A DNA stretch of 64,000 nucleotides, taken from NCBI GenBank assembly GCA_035528475.1, contig DATKYO010000114.1:4739-68738 (forward strand), in the 5' to 3' direction. This DNA is from Methanoregulaceae archaeon. GTDB taxonomy: Archaea; Halobacteriota; Methanomicrobia; Methanomicrobiales; Methanospirillaceae. Shown here in pieces: positions 39,079 through 48,272 of the stretch. The notes beneath the pieces are model-generated. The model saw only the letters and a program-made list of their open reading frames with translations. It searched no databases and was not told the DNA's origin. Made by a program: the position numbers and the translations under genes. Each line of letters starts with the position of its first letter. Position 1 is the first letter of the stretch.

Positions 39079-39223
39079 TGTTCCACTAATATTGAATCAT
39101 ATTCCGTTATTCGGAGTATGGAGCACAATGAACCGTCATTCGACACCTGTCGAAGACGATTCGGCCCGTGTGCATTGGATTGAACGTTCAGAATTTGGAC
39201 ATGAGTAAGGAGGACAAAATATT

Positions 39224-41797
39224 ATGACTAAGCGCTTTAGCCTTGCATTGATTGCAGTTGTGGCGCTGGCAATGCTAATCCTGCCAGCATCAGCAGCCGT
39301 CAATCAGATTGCTCAAGGTGGAGATGTGTTTATTGGTGAAGAGGGTCTTGATGTATCCGTAGCAGTCGGAGCATTCACCCAGGTTGCATGGTTTGCATCA
39401 GGGACCAACCCGAGCACCGACACACCTAACGCCGTACTAGCAGTAGGTACTCCCGCAGCTTTCTATGTTGCGCCTGCTGACTTCGTCGGCAAGACTGGCA
39501 ACTGGTACAGGTGGGACGGAGGAGCGACCCGCAACCAGGTTTCATTCAACGTTGTGGACCCCAACATCGCACTTAAGATCTGGGACCAGAACGCCAACAA
39601 GGATGTAACCGGAAAGTCCGTACCGACCGGTAACTTCGAGAACTTCAGAATTGAGACCAACATCTATTCGGTTACCGCCAGGCCCGGCTATGCAGGTGAG
39701 GGATTCGTCAACATCCGCGTAAAGACCGCTGATGGCGCAACCTACACCGCAATGTTCCAGTCTACCGCTGTTTCACTGCCATTGACCGGTCAGGTCGTTG
39801 ACAGTTCACTCTGGTACTGGGTACCTGCAGGGGCTACAACCCAGGGATGGAACACCGGTGTGATGGATGTAAACGGCGCCCGTATGTATAAGGCCGGTGT
39901 GTACACTGTCTATGCCGAGGTTAGCCTCAACAAGCTGAAGGACAACTACAAAGCACCTGACGGCTCTGACTACACCGGAAAGACTGTCACCACCACCAAC
40001 ACGGTGACCATCGCATCCGACACTGTCAAGATCGAGGCCAGCAAGGACGTTGTTGTTCGTGGCAACCCGTTCTCAATCACAGTCACCGGAAGGCCCAACA
40101 CCTACTATGCAATCTGGGTAAAGGGAACCGGACAGATGACCGGTATTGGAACTGACCAGCCGCCGCTGTTACTGGCTGACCAGAAGGATGTCAGCAACGA
40201 CCCGGTTGGCGGTCCCTACGACATTGGAACATATGAGTATGAGGGAGGCGCAGGACGCACCATCAAGGAGGACGTCCCGACAGCACCCGACAACGGTGTA
40301 TACTACTACGCCGCAGTAAAGACCTCCAACAGTGGAACTATCACAGTTGGATTCACTACCGGCTCTGACACCAAGGACAAGAAGTACACCCTCCGTGTAG
40401 AGAGAGGTCCCGGCGCACTGAACATGCCCGCACCGTGGGATGTCAATCTCTTTGGAACCGCATTCAAGTCTGATGAGGTTGATGTGAAGGTCGAGAAGGG
40501 AACCGTGACTGTCGTCGCGGCAGGTGACCAGAGCTACTTCCTTGGACAGGAAGTGAAGCTGTCCGGTACCAACTCTGAGACCGACACAGTGTACCTGTTC
40601 ATCACCGGTCCGAACCTGCCCGGCAATGGTGGTAAACTTACCGACCCCAGAAGTGCAGTAACCAACAACATCGCGGTAACATTTACCAACACTGACGTTC
40701 TGGATGACAACACCTGGGAGTACAAGTGGCAGACCGCTAACTTGAACATCGATGCAGGTACCTACACCGTATACGCTGTAGCAACCCCGAACGACAAGAA
40801 CAACCTTGGCAACGCACAGTATGCAACCGTTTCCCTGATTGTCAGGAAGCCGTTTGTTAGTGCAACCGCCTCTCAGTCAACTGTCGCTTCTGGTGACAAG
40901 TTCTACCTCCGTGGAGTCGCAGAAGGCCAGCCCTCACAGGGTGTGGCTATCTGGATCATGGGTAAGAACTTCGTCCTGTATGACACAGAGAGCGTGAACT
41001 CTGACGGAACCTTCGAGAAGGAAGTTACCGAGGGAGTCACAGCCAACATGGCAAGCGGACAGTACTTCGTCGTTGTCCAGCATCCGATGTACAATGACAA
41101 TTTAGATGTCTATCCAAGAGCAGACGCTGGCTATGCAGCCCGCTACGTTGTTGGACCATACCCGATACAGGGTGCAGAGAACATTATCTTTACACTCCAG
41201 GGACCGGGCAGCCTTCAGGGATCTGACGCAGCCGAGGCACTCGTCGTAGCCCTCGATAACCCGAGCGTGGACGACACCTACACCAAGCTTCAGTTCCTGA
41301 TCGAGGAGCCCTCCGTAAGGATCAGCCCGATCACCGAGAAGATGGTCGGTGACAAGTTCGAGATCAAGGGAACCACCAACCTGGCCGTCGACGATGAGCT
41401 GCTGGTTGAAGTCGTATCTTCATCCTTCCAGCCCACCCAGAAGACCCAGAGCGGTGAGTTCAGTGGCGCAACCGGCACTGTAAAGGTCGTGAAGGGCACC
41501 GAAGGCTTCAACACCTGGGCAATTCCCGTCGACACCACCACATTCAAGCCCGATGAGTACATCGTGACTGTTGCTGGTGTTACTGTAGACGTGACCGCAA
41601 ACGCGCTCTTCAACATTGTTGAAGTGCAGCCGACCACTGTTGTCACCACCGTGCCGCCCACAACCGGAGGACCAACTGCACCTCCAACCACCGTACCGCC
41701 AACCGCCGAACCGACACCCACTACGCCTGGTTTCGGAGCACTGGTTGCACTGGTAGGTCTTGGAGCAGTTGCATTCCTGATCGTGCGCAAGCACTAA
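39224..41797 (+). CDS. S-layer / major cell-surface glycoprotein with PGF-CTERM sorting signal
   Basis: Signal peptide MTKRFSLALIAVVALAMLILPASAAV. An 857-aa Thr/Val/Gly-rich beta-type sequence with many N-x-S/T sites. A Thr/Pro-rich linker precedes the C-terminal PGFGALVALVGLGAVAFLIVRKH. Confidence 0.85.
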   Translation: MTKRFSLALIAVVALAMLILPASAAVNQIAQGGDVFIGEEGLDVSVAVGAFTQVAWFASGTNPSTDTPNAVLAVGTPAAFYVAPADFVGKTGNWYRWDGGATRNQVSFNVVDPNIALKIWDQNANKDVTGKSVPTGNFENFRIETNIYSVTARPGYAGEGFVNIRVKTADGATYTAMFQSTAVSLPLTGQVVDSSLWYWVPAGATTQGWNTGVMDVNGARMYKAGVYTVYAEVSLNKLKDNYKAPDGSDYTGKTVTTTNTVTIASDTVKIEASKDVVVRGNPFSITVTGRPNTYYAIWVKGTGQMTGIGTDQPPLLLADQKDVSNDPVGGPYDIGTYEYEGGAGRTIKEDVPTAPDNGVYYYAAVKTSNSGTITVGFTTGSDTKDKKYTLRVERGPGALNMPAPWDVNLFGTAFKSDEVDVKVEKGTVTVVAAGDQSYFLGQEVKLSGTNSETDTVYLFITGPNLPGNGGKLTDPRSAVTNNIAVTFTNTDVLDDNTWEYKWQTANLNIDAGTYTVYAVATPNDKNNLGNAQYATVSLIVRKPFVSATASQSTVASGDKFYLRGVAEGQPSQGVAIWIMGKNFVLYDTESVNSDGTFEKEVTEGVTANMASGQYFVVVQHPMYNDNLDVYPRADAGYAARYVVGPYPIQGAENIIFTLQGPGSLQGSDAAEALVVALDNPSVDDTYTKLQFLIEEPSVRISPITEKMVGDKFEIKGTTNLAVDDELLVEVVSSSFQPTQKTQSGEFSGATGTVKVVKGTEGFNTWAIPVDTTTFKPDEYIVTVAGVTVDVTANALFNIVEVQPTTVVTTVPPTTGGPTAPPTTVPPTAEPTPTTPGFGALVALVGLGAVAFLIVRKH

Positions 41798-41812
41798 ACA
41801 CCAAAAATCAAC

Positions 41813-41819
41813 TTTTTTT
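41813..41819 (+). terminator. oligo-T terminator after the S-layer gene
   Basis: A T7 run lies 16 nt after the stop codon. Confidence 0.4.
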
Positions 41820-41993
41820 CGGCTCTTTAAGAAAAATTAACGAACATTCTTACGGAAAGCACCTTTAATTTCCGCCTGCCCTGCCCTCCCGGATTGATTG
41901 AATTTCCGGATACAAGGCAGCGACATACAGGGATTTATAAGATTGAGAGGATATACTCCCGTGATAGATTTTTCCATTCTGGAGACGTCCACC

Positions 41994-43520
41994 ATGAAGC
42001 TTACTGCAAAATTGATTGATATCGGAACCCGGGAAGTGATGCTGAATATTGAAGATGCGAGGGCCATAGGAGTTCTTTCCGGGGACAGGGTGCAGATTCT
42101 CAACCAGGATGGGGGGATTTCTGTTGCTGCGTTTGTCGATACGACAACATCCATCATCCCAAGGGGAACTATTGGTATCTACCGCATAACAAACGAACGT
42201 CTCTCTGCACAGGATGGAATAACTGTAGAGGTGAGGCTGGCAGAACGACCTCAATCTCTCACATATATCAAAAAGAAGATGGATGGAGAGCGTCTTTCCA
42301 AAGAAGAGACCTATGCCATCATAGAGGACGTGGTAAACGACGATCTCTCCCCAGCGGAACTTACTGCCTATATCACGACCTGCTATATCAATGAGATGGA
42401 CATGGACGAGGTAGAACACCTGACCCGTGCCATGGTGGATACAGGGGAGAAACTCACTTTCCATACCCACCCGATTGTGGACAAGCATTCTATTGGGGGT
42501 GTTCCCGGAAACAAAATCTCTCTCCTGGTGGTACCCATCATTGCTGCCAGTGGGTTGAAAATCCCAAAGACCAGCTCCCGGGCAATTACAGGAGCCGGAG
42601 GCACAGCTGACCTGATGGAAGTGCTGGCGCCTGTCGAATTTTCCTCAAGCGAAGTCCAGCAGATGACAATGAAGGTTGGAGGGGCAATTGTCTGGGGAGG
42701 TGCAACAAACATCGCCCCTGCAGACGACCGCATCATTATCCACGAGTATCCATTCAGGATCGATGCCCGTGGCCAGATGCTGGCCAGTGTAATGGCAAAG
42801 AAATACGCTGTAGGGGCGGACCTGGTTGTAATCGACATCCCTGTTGGCTTGCATGCCAAGGTAACCACGGTGCAGGAAGGGCGTAAACTGGCCCGGGAAT
42901 TCATCGAGATCGGAGAGAGGCTGAATATGAGGGTTGAATGTGCCCTGACCTACGGGGATTCGCCGGTCGGAAGGACCATTGGCCCCAACCTTGAAGTAAG
43001 AGAGGCATTGAGCATTCTGGAAGGTTCGGATGTTCCCGGGTCCCTCCTCCAGAAAAGCCTTGCAATCGCCGGAATAGCTCTTGAAATGTCTGGAAAGGCC
43101 CCTGTCAGCATGGGGAGTAAAATGGCCGGAGAAATTCTTCATCGCGGGGATGCGCTGAAAAAATTCAGGGAGATAATTGAGATCCAGGGTGGAGACCCGG
43201 ATGTGAGATCAGAGGATATTGTTCCTGGAAAATATGAATTTGTGGTAAATGCCCCTGCAAATGGCTATGTAATCGAATTAAACAACAAATCACTCATCAG
43301 CCTGGCACGGACGGCCGGCGCCCCTCATGATCGGGGTGCGGGAATTCTCCTTCATGCCAAGAAAGGGAGCCGGGTAGAGAAAGGCGAGCCCATTTTTACC
43401 CTGTATGCGGACAGAAGCTGGAGGCTTCAGAATGCAATAGAGCAGGGCAGGCAGCTTATGCCTGTTGTAGTGGAAGGAATGCTCCTGGACAGGGTGCCCC
43501 ACGAGGTTGCGTGGGAGTAA
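41994..43520 (+). CDS. deoA: AMP phosphorylase (thymidine phosphorylase family, archaeal DeoA)
   Basis: ~508 aa with the N-terminal extra domain ([11 protein letters not shown]...) and the glycosyltransferase family 3 core ([26 protein letters not shown]). Confidence 0.88.
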   Translation: MKLTAKLIDIGTREVMLNIEDARAIGVLSGDRVQILNQDGGISVAAFVDTTTSIIPRGTIGIYRITNERLSAQDGITVEVRLAERPQSLTYIKKKMDGERLSKEETYAIIEDVVNDDLSPAELTAYITTCYINEMDMDEVEHLTRAMVDTGEKLTFHTHPIVDKHSIGGVPGNKISLLVVPIIAASGLKIPKTSSRAITGAGGTADLMEVLAPVEFSSSEVQQMTMKVGGAIVWGGATNIAPADDRIIIHEYPFRIDARGQMLASVMAKKYAVGADLVVIDIPVGLHAKVTTVQEGRKLAREFIEIGERLNMRVECALTYGDSPVGRTIGPNLEVREALSILEGSDVPGSLLQKSLAIAGIALEMSGKAPVSMGSKMAGEILHRGDALKKFREIIEIQGGDPDVRSEDIVPGKYEFVVNAPANGYVIELNNKSLISLARTAGAPHDRGAGILLHAKKGSRVEKGEPIFTLYADRSWRLQNAIEQGRQLMPVVVEGMLLDRVPHEVAWE

Positions 43521-43804
43521 GTATCCGGGTTTTCATTTTTCCTTTAATAAATACAGAAGTGAACCCTTGTAATGGGCATTTTGCCGGCACCCTTTGATCC
43601 GATGAAACCCTCAACCAGATTGATGACTAAAATGATGACTATAAACTGCAGTTTTATGTGGGGACTATATCACCATCCGGCAGTTATGGGACACCACTTA
43701 TCGGCTCAGTGTGCTGGTGGAAGGGAACATCAACCTGTTTGGGAATGAATCGGTCATAAACTTCACAAACCCGCTTCTCGGTGATACCACGAAAAAAAAT
43801 ACAG

Positions 43805-43876
43805 TGGACCCAGCGGGAATCGAACCCGCGTCCTTGGGTCCGAAGCCCAAGAGGATATCCTCTACCCTATGGATCC
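43805..43876 (-). tRNA. tRNA-Arg (anticodon TCG)
   Basis: The reverse complement reads GGATCCATAGGGTAGAGGATATCCTCTTGGGCTTCGGACCCAAGGACGCGGGTTCGATTCCCGCTGGGTCCA. The anticodon loop is CT-TCG-GA. A T8 run (43792-43799, minus strand) follows the 3' end. Confidence 0.85.
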
Positions 43877-43932
43877 TTCCCGACATTAGGAATCATAAGA
43901 TATTAAGCATTTTCGAATGTACTTATTTAAAG

Positions 43933-44370
43933 ATGATACTCTCATCCAGGGAGATGGTCCACAGGTTAGGGGAGAGAAGCAGCGATGGTGACCTTGTTAT
44001 CAGGCCCTATTCCCAGGAATGCCAGCAACCGGCGTCCTATGATCTCCGTGTGGCAGAAAGCATAGTCCTTCCGCCTGCAATCTGTACTCTTGTTCATACC
44101 ATTGAATGGGTTGAGCTACCGCCTGATCTGGCTGCAACCCTCAGATGCCGCTCCTCGTTCGGACGACAGGGGGTTCTTGTGACTGCAGGATTTGTGGATC
44201 CCGGATTCAGGGGACAGCTCACCCTCGGTCTGATAAATATGGGGGGAGAGCATATTGCATTACACAAAAATGATCGGGTAGTACAGATGATAATTCATCA
44301 GGTCGTCGAAGGGGACCAGAATTACGAGGGACGCTACCAGGACAGTAACGGAACTGTACAGGCGAGATGA
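43933..44370 (+). CDS. dCTP deaminase/dUTPase-family protein (short form, probably dUTP diphosphatase)
   Basis: PASYDLRV...RSSFGRQG...GFVDPGFRGQLTL motifs of the trimeric dUTPase/Dcd superfamily. 145 aa from the ATG at 43933; upstream ORF sequence overlaps the tRNA. Confidence 0.8.
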   Translation: MILSSREMVHRLGERSSDGDLVIRPYSQECQQPASYDLRVAESIVLPPAICTLVHTIEWVELPPDLAATLRCRSSFGRQGVLVTAGFVDPGFRGQLTLGLINMGGEHIALHKNDRVVQMIIHQVVEGDQNYEGRYQDSNGTVQAR

Positions 44371-45323
44371 ACATGATCCGGACAGAAAGAAAGTATATTG
44401 AAATCCTCCGCATCCTCAAGGAGTTTCAGGAACCTGTTGGCGCGAAGAGACTCTCCGAACTGATGGCAGAGCGGGGTTTTGTGCTGAGTGACAGGGCCGT
44501 GCAGTACTATTTGCGCTATCTGGATGAGATGGGATTCACTGAAAAAGTAGGGAATATGGGCCGGGTGCTGACTCCCTATGGCATAGCGGAGACAGAGAGT
44601 GCACTGGTCGGGGACCGGATAGGTTTTATCATTTCAAAACTAGAACGCCTGGCTTTCAGGAGTACATTTGACCCTCTTACTAATACCGGGGACGTGGCGT
44701 ACAACCTGTCATATATTCCAAAAGATCGGCTTGAGGAAGCACTTGCTGCATACGATGATGTAATAAAGGCACAATGCGGGTTTTTTTCATCATATAAAAT
44801 TCTCGACAATGATTCCCGGATTCCTGAAGGGCATGTGGGGATAATGACAATCTGCAGTATCACCATGGACGGAGTCTTTCAGAGGAGGGGGATTCCGGTG
44901 AGGATGGCGTATGGGGGGCGATTGGCAGTTGAACATGGTCAACCGGTAAAATTTGTAGACCTGATAGGATACCGGGGGACCACAATTGATCCCCTTCAAC
45001 TTTTCATTTCCGCAGGACTAACCTCTCTCTCTATGATGGTATCGACAGGGACAGGAACCGGTCTGGCCAACGTCAGGGAGGTTCCCACATCCTCTGAGAC
45101 CCGAGTCAGGGAGATTATTGCGGAAATGAAAAATTGTGGTTTTATGTTCCCTGTAACAATGGGAACATCAGTATTTAATTTAAAATCTGATCCGTACCGT
45201 CTTTCCATTGTTTCATTCAGCGGCATGAATTTTATTGCCAATACCTTCGAGAAAGGAATACCAATTAAAACAGAAATAGGGGCAGGAAACGTCTCATTTT
45301 CCAAAATGGTCTCTGGAAATTAG
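44367..45323 (+). CDS. nrpR: NrpR-like regulator (winged helix plus single DUF128 domain)
   Basis: The N-terminal wHTH (ILRILKEFQEPVGAKRLSELMAERGFVLSDRAVQYYLRYLDEMGF) and the following domain resemble the euryarchaeal nitrogen repressor family. There is an ATGA overlap with the upstream gene. Confidence 0.7.
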   Translation: MNMIRTERKYIEILRILKEFQEPVGAKRLSELMAERGFVLSDRAVQYYLRYLDEMGFTEKVGNMGRVLTPYGIAETESALVGDRIGFIISKLERLAFRSTFDPLTNTGDVAYNLSYIPKDRLEEALAAYDDVIKAQCGFFSSYKILDNDSRIPEGHVGIMTICSITMDGVFQRRGIPVRMAYGGRLAVEHGQPVKFVDLIGYRGTTIDPLQLFISAGLTSLSMMVSTGTGTGLANVREVPTSSETRVREIIAEMKNCGFMFPVTMGTSVFNLKSDPYRLSIVSFSGMNFIANTFEKGIPIKTEIGAGNVSFSKMVSGN

Positions 45324-46723
45324 AGCCAGAAAATATCCCTCTCCTTTCGACTCTCCTGATTTTCGTTATCCCCGGATTCTGCGACTTCTTTGTTGCCGGA
45401 TTTTTGATTGAAATATTCTGTAGGCTCACGATCTTCCTTTTTTATAGATGAAGGCCCTACCGAAAGGATATGAGTCGAGTAGTCGTCATTTCTCGTTCTG
45501 ATGCCGGATGATTCATTTGGATCGGACATTCTGGAATCAGGTTTCTCACCGATAGGGGATGCATGCTCAGGGACACCATACAGTTCGTTCCGAAAGGCCC
45601 TGAGTTCATCCAGGCGTGGTATATTCTCAAGGCCTGCCAGGATGATGATGATCGAAAGATACCCGGTATTATTGACAGGATAATCTCCTGAACGGACTTC
45701 GAGACCCCTGATACTTCTGTCTATCCATTTTCGCACCATCATGAATCCTTTCATACTCATCTCATGGGAGGGACCGGCAATGAGGATGAGCGCTTTGTGC
45801 GCGGTAGAAAGATCGCAGGGCGTTGATATTTCTTCATAGATGGCCTTTTTTGCCAGTTCAACAACTCTTAAAGCTTTTTTATGCCCCTCTTCAATAGACG
45901 GTGATACAGAACGCAGCCGGTTAATGAGATCAAACTGGGGTGAGTCTACCTGGGCAACGGCATAGCCAATGGTGATGAATCCCATCCCTTTGATGGTATT
46001 GAGCACTTCTCCCGCATCAAGGACCACCTCCGCGATCTCCATTCTCCCCCTCTCATTGAATTCTCCTGCTCTCAAAATAAGCCCGATTCTACGAGATATC
46101 ACCTCATTTAAGAGACGATATGCCTTCTTTCTCCTGCTTTCAGGAACCTGCTTCCGCTTTGCTGGAAGGAAACGTTCCAGATCCGAGCGCTCTTCGGGGG
46201 CGTCAAGCTGATCCGCGATTTTATGGAACCACGTCTGGTTATCAAAGAGTATGACGCCGTCAAGTTCTGGTTTCTGGGCATCGATTTGCAGGGCTGCCTT
46301 TGCAGATATGGTGCTCCCTTCACGGGAACAGGGGAGGATAAAAAGTCCAAAAACAGGCTCATACATTGATTTCCGTATGGCAGCAGTCAATTCCGGGATG
46401 ATGTCGGCACCTGTACCTCCCATTCCGGCACAGAGAATTATAGCATCAATATCGCCGGAATCCAGGCTCTGAATCTTTGCTATCACTTCTTCAATGGGAA
46501 TGGCCGTCAGAAAATCTTCGGATTCTCCGGGATAAAGGGGCTGGAAAAAGATCTTCTGTTCCTTTGGTACATGTTCCAGGCCGTTCAAATCTTCTGCATT
46601 GTTATCAACCGCAAGACCAGACAGGCAGTGGATAGCCCCGAATCTCTGGTCCTGTGCGTACAGGGAATCCACAAGACGACATCCGCCACCACCAAGACCG
46701 ACTATCAGCACACGCATTCCCAC
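45320..46723 (-). CDS. divergent tubulin/FtsZ-superfamily GTPase
   Basis: N-terminal VGLGGGG, a T4-signature variant GMGGTGAD, FDNQ, and a T7-like VLDAGEV. It also has a basic insertion and a long polar C-terminal tail. Confidence 0.7.
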   Translation of the reverse strand: MGMRVLIVGLGGGGCRLVDSLYAQDQRFGAIHCLSGLAVDNNAEDLNGLEHVPKEQKIFFQPLYPGESEDFLTAIPIEEVIAKIQSLDSGDIDAIILCAGMGGTGADIIPELTAAIRKSMYEPVFGLFILPCSREGSTISAKAALQIDAQKPELDGVILFDNQTWFHKIADQLDAPEERSDLERFLPAKRKQVPESRRKKAYRLLNEVISRRIGLILRAGEFNERGRMEIAEVVLDAGEVLNTIKGMGFITIGYAVAQVDSPQFDLINRLRSVSPSIEEGHKKALRVVELAKKAIYEEISTPCDLSTAHKALILIAGPSHEMSMKGFMMVRKWIDRSIRGLEVRSGDYPVNNTGYLSIIIILAGLENIPRLDELRAFRNELYGVPEHASPIGEKPDSRMSDPNESSGIRTRNDDYSTHILSVGPSSIKKEDREPTEYFNQKSGNKEVAESGDNENQESRKERDIFWL

Positions 46724-47201
46724 ACATCTCCTATTGAGCTATTTCCCTTGTATTATATACCGATATGAATCTATACTGAAAGGATTTCCTGCGAAAATTT
46801 CCGGTATTCTCCGTGTGGAAAGATCCGATGATTCGGGCTATACCGGATTGGTTATCGTTCCAATCAGATATTTAGTTCTCCCAGAATAGTAAAGAATTAA
46901 TCGGATAAAGTGTTTCTGATGATATTTTTCGAGTTTTAACCCACGATATCCTGATTTATCGGCAGGATGGGACACAGTATGATAACATTTCCCCTCAACT
47001 TTTGATGGGTGAAACGAACAATCCATACTCCTCACACTGAAATCACATTGCGTTCTCCTTGAAATAAGGTTGAGTATACACAAAAAAACCAAGAATATTG
47101 AGTATTTCTGATTGAATCCCTGAAAAATACTGAAAAGAGCAATAAAAAATCATAACTTATTTAATTCCCTGCTCCATATTACACACTGAGGTGAATTTAC
47201 C

Positions 47202-48191
47202 TTGACAACCTATGGAATTGAATTTGTACCAGGAAACGTCAATGTCAAGCAGGTAGTCAATTACTGCAAGCTTGCAGAATCCAAAGACATTGATTTTGCC
47301 TGGATCACTAACCACTATAACAACAGGCACTGCTACCCGACCCTGGCCATGATTGCTGCCGCAACCAACAGCCTCAAGATGGGACCGGGTATTATGAACA
47401 CTTTCACTGACACCCCGGCAGCAATTGCTTCTTTTATGGCCACACTGAACGAAATTTCAGATGGGCGTGCGGTACTGGGTATCGGACCCGGTGATCTCTC
47501 AACACTGCCCAAGCTTGCAATCGCGGGCGAAAAGCCTGTTGGCCGCTTAAAAGAGGGTGTTGCAGTTATCCGTGAGCTTCTTACTGGTGATGAGGTCAAG
47601 AAGACCGGAAGGACATTCTTTGACTACGACGGTGCAAAGTTGACCGGCGTTACACTTCCCGGCAAGAAAGGCATCCCTGTCTACATTGGTGCCCAGGGAC
47701 CGAAGATGCTCGAGCTTGCAGGGACTGACGGTGACGGATCACTGATTAATGCATCCAACCCCAAGGACTTCCAGGCGGCCATCCCCATCATCAAACAGGC
47801 GATGGAGAAGGCCGGAAGGAAGAAACACGACGTGGGTGCATACACCGCTATGTCGATTGACATGAGCGAGAAAAAGGCACGCAATTCAGCAAAGATTGTT
47901 GCGGCATTCATTGCAGCAGGATCACCGCCGCCTCTCCTGCAGCGTCATGGTCTTGATCTGAACAACGTGGCAAAGATCAAAGAGGCACTTGCAAGGTTTG
48001 ACTTCAAGACGGTTGGTGGCCTCGTTGGCGATGCCGAGATTGATGCGTTCACAATTGCCGGTACCCCCGACACAGTGAAGCAGAAATGTGAAGACCTGAC
48101 AAAAGCTGGTGTCACCCAGATCATCTTCGGATCTCCGCTTGGTCCGGACATGACAAACTCGATCCGCCTGCTCGGCAAGTATATCGTATAA
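47202..48191 (+). CDS. mer: F420-dependent 5,10-methylenetetrahydromethanopterin reductase
   Basis: YGIEFVP N-terminus and luciferase-like TIM barrel typical of Mer. It uses a TTG start at 47202 with GAGGTGA 8 nt upstream. No in-frame ATG lies near the conserved N-terminus. Confidence 0.92.
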   Translation: MTTYGIEFVPGNVNVKQVVNYCKLAESKDIDFAWITNHYNNRHCYPTLAMIAAATNSLKMGPGIMNTFTDTPAAIASFMATLNEISDGRAVLGIGPGDLSTLPKLAIAGEKPVGRLKEGVAVIRELLTGDEVKKTGRTFFDYDGAKLTGVTLPGKKGIPVYIGAQGPKMLELAGTDGDGSLINASNPKDFQAAIPIIKQAMEKAGRKKHDVGAYTAMSIDMSEKKARNSAKIVAAFIAAGSPPPLLQRHGLDLNNVAKIKEALARFDFKTVGGLVGDAEIDAFTIAGTPDTVKQKCEDLTKAGVTQIIFGSPLGPDMTNSIRLLGKYIV

Positions 48192-48272
48192 TTGCAGTTG
48201 AGCACAACGGATCTCTTCTTTTTTTCCCATCATTTTAATAGAAGTATCTCGAACACTCATTGTTGAGCCAGT

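Noticed and set aside
41290-41794. 166-aa and 124-aa minus-strand ORFs rich in Gly/Val/Thr.
   Set aside because: They are antisense shadows of the repetitive Thr/Pro/Val-rich 3' end of the S-layer gene.
43615-43660. Tandem TGATGA boxes (43621-43626 and 43633-43638) suggesting a C/D box sRNA.
   Set aside because: The two boxes are only 6 nt apart. No D or D' CTGA boxes sit at guide-length spacing, and there is no terminal stem.
46910-46960. TGATGA ... CTGA pair in the long mer upstream region as a possible C/D box sRNA.
   Set aside because: The spacing of about 28 nt is too short to hold D'/C' boxes and two guides, and no kink-turn-forming terminal pairing is evident.
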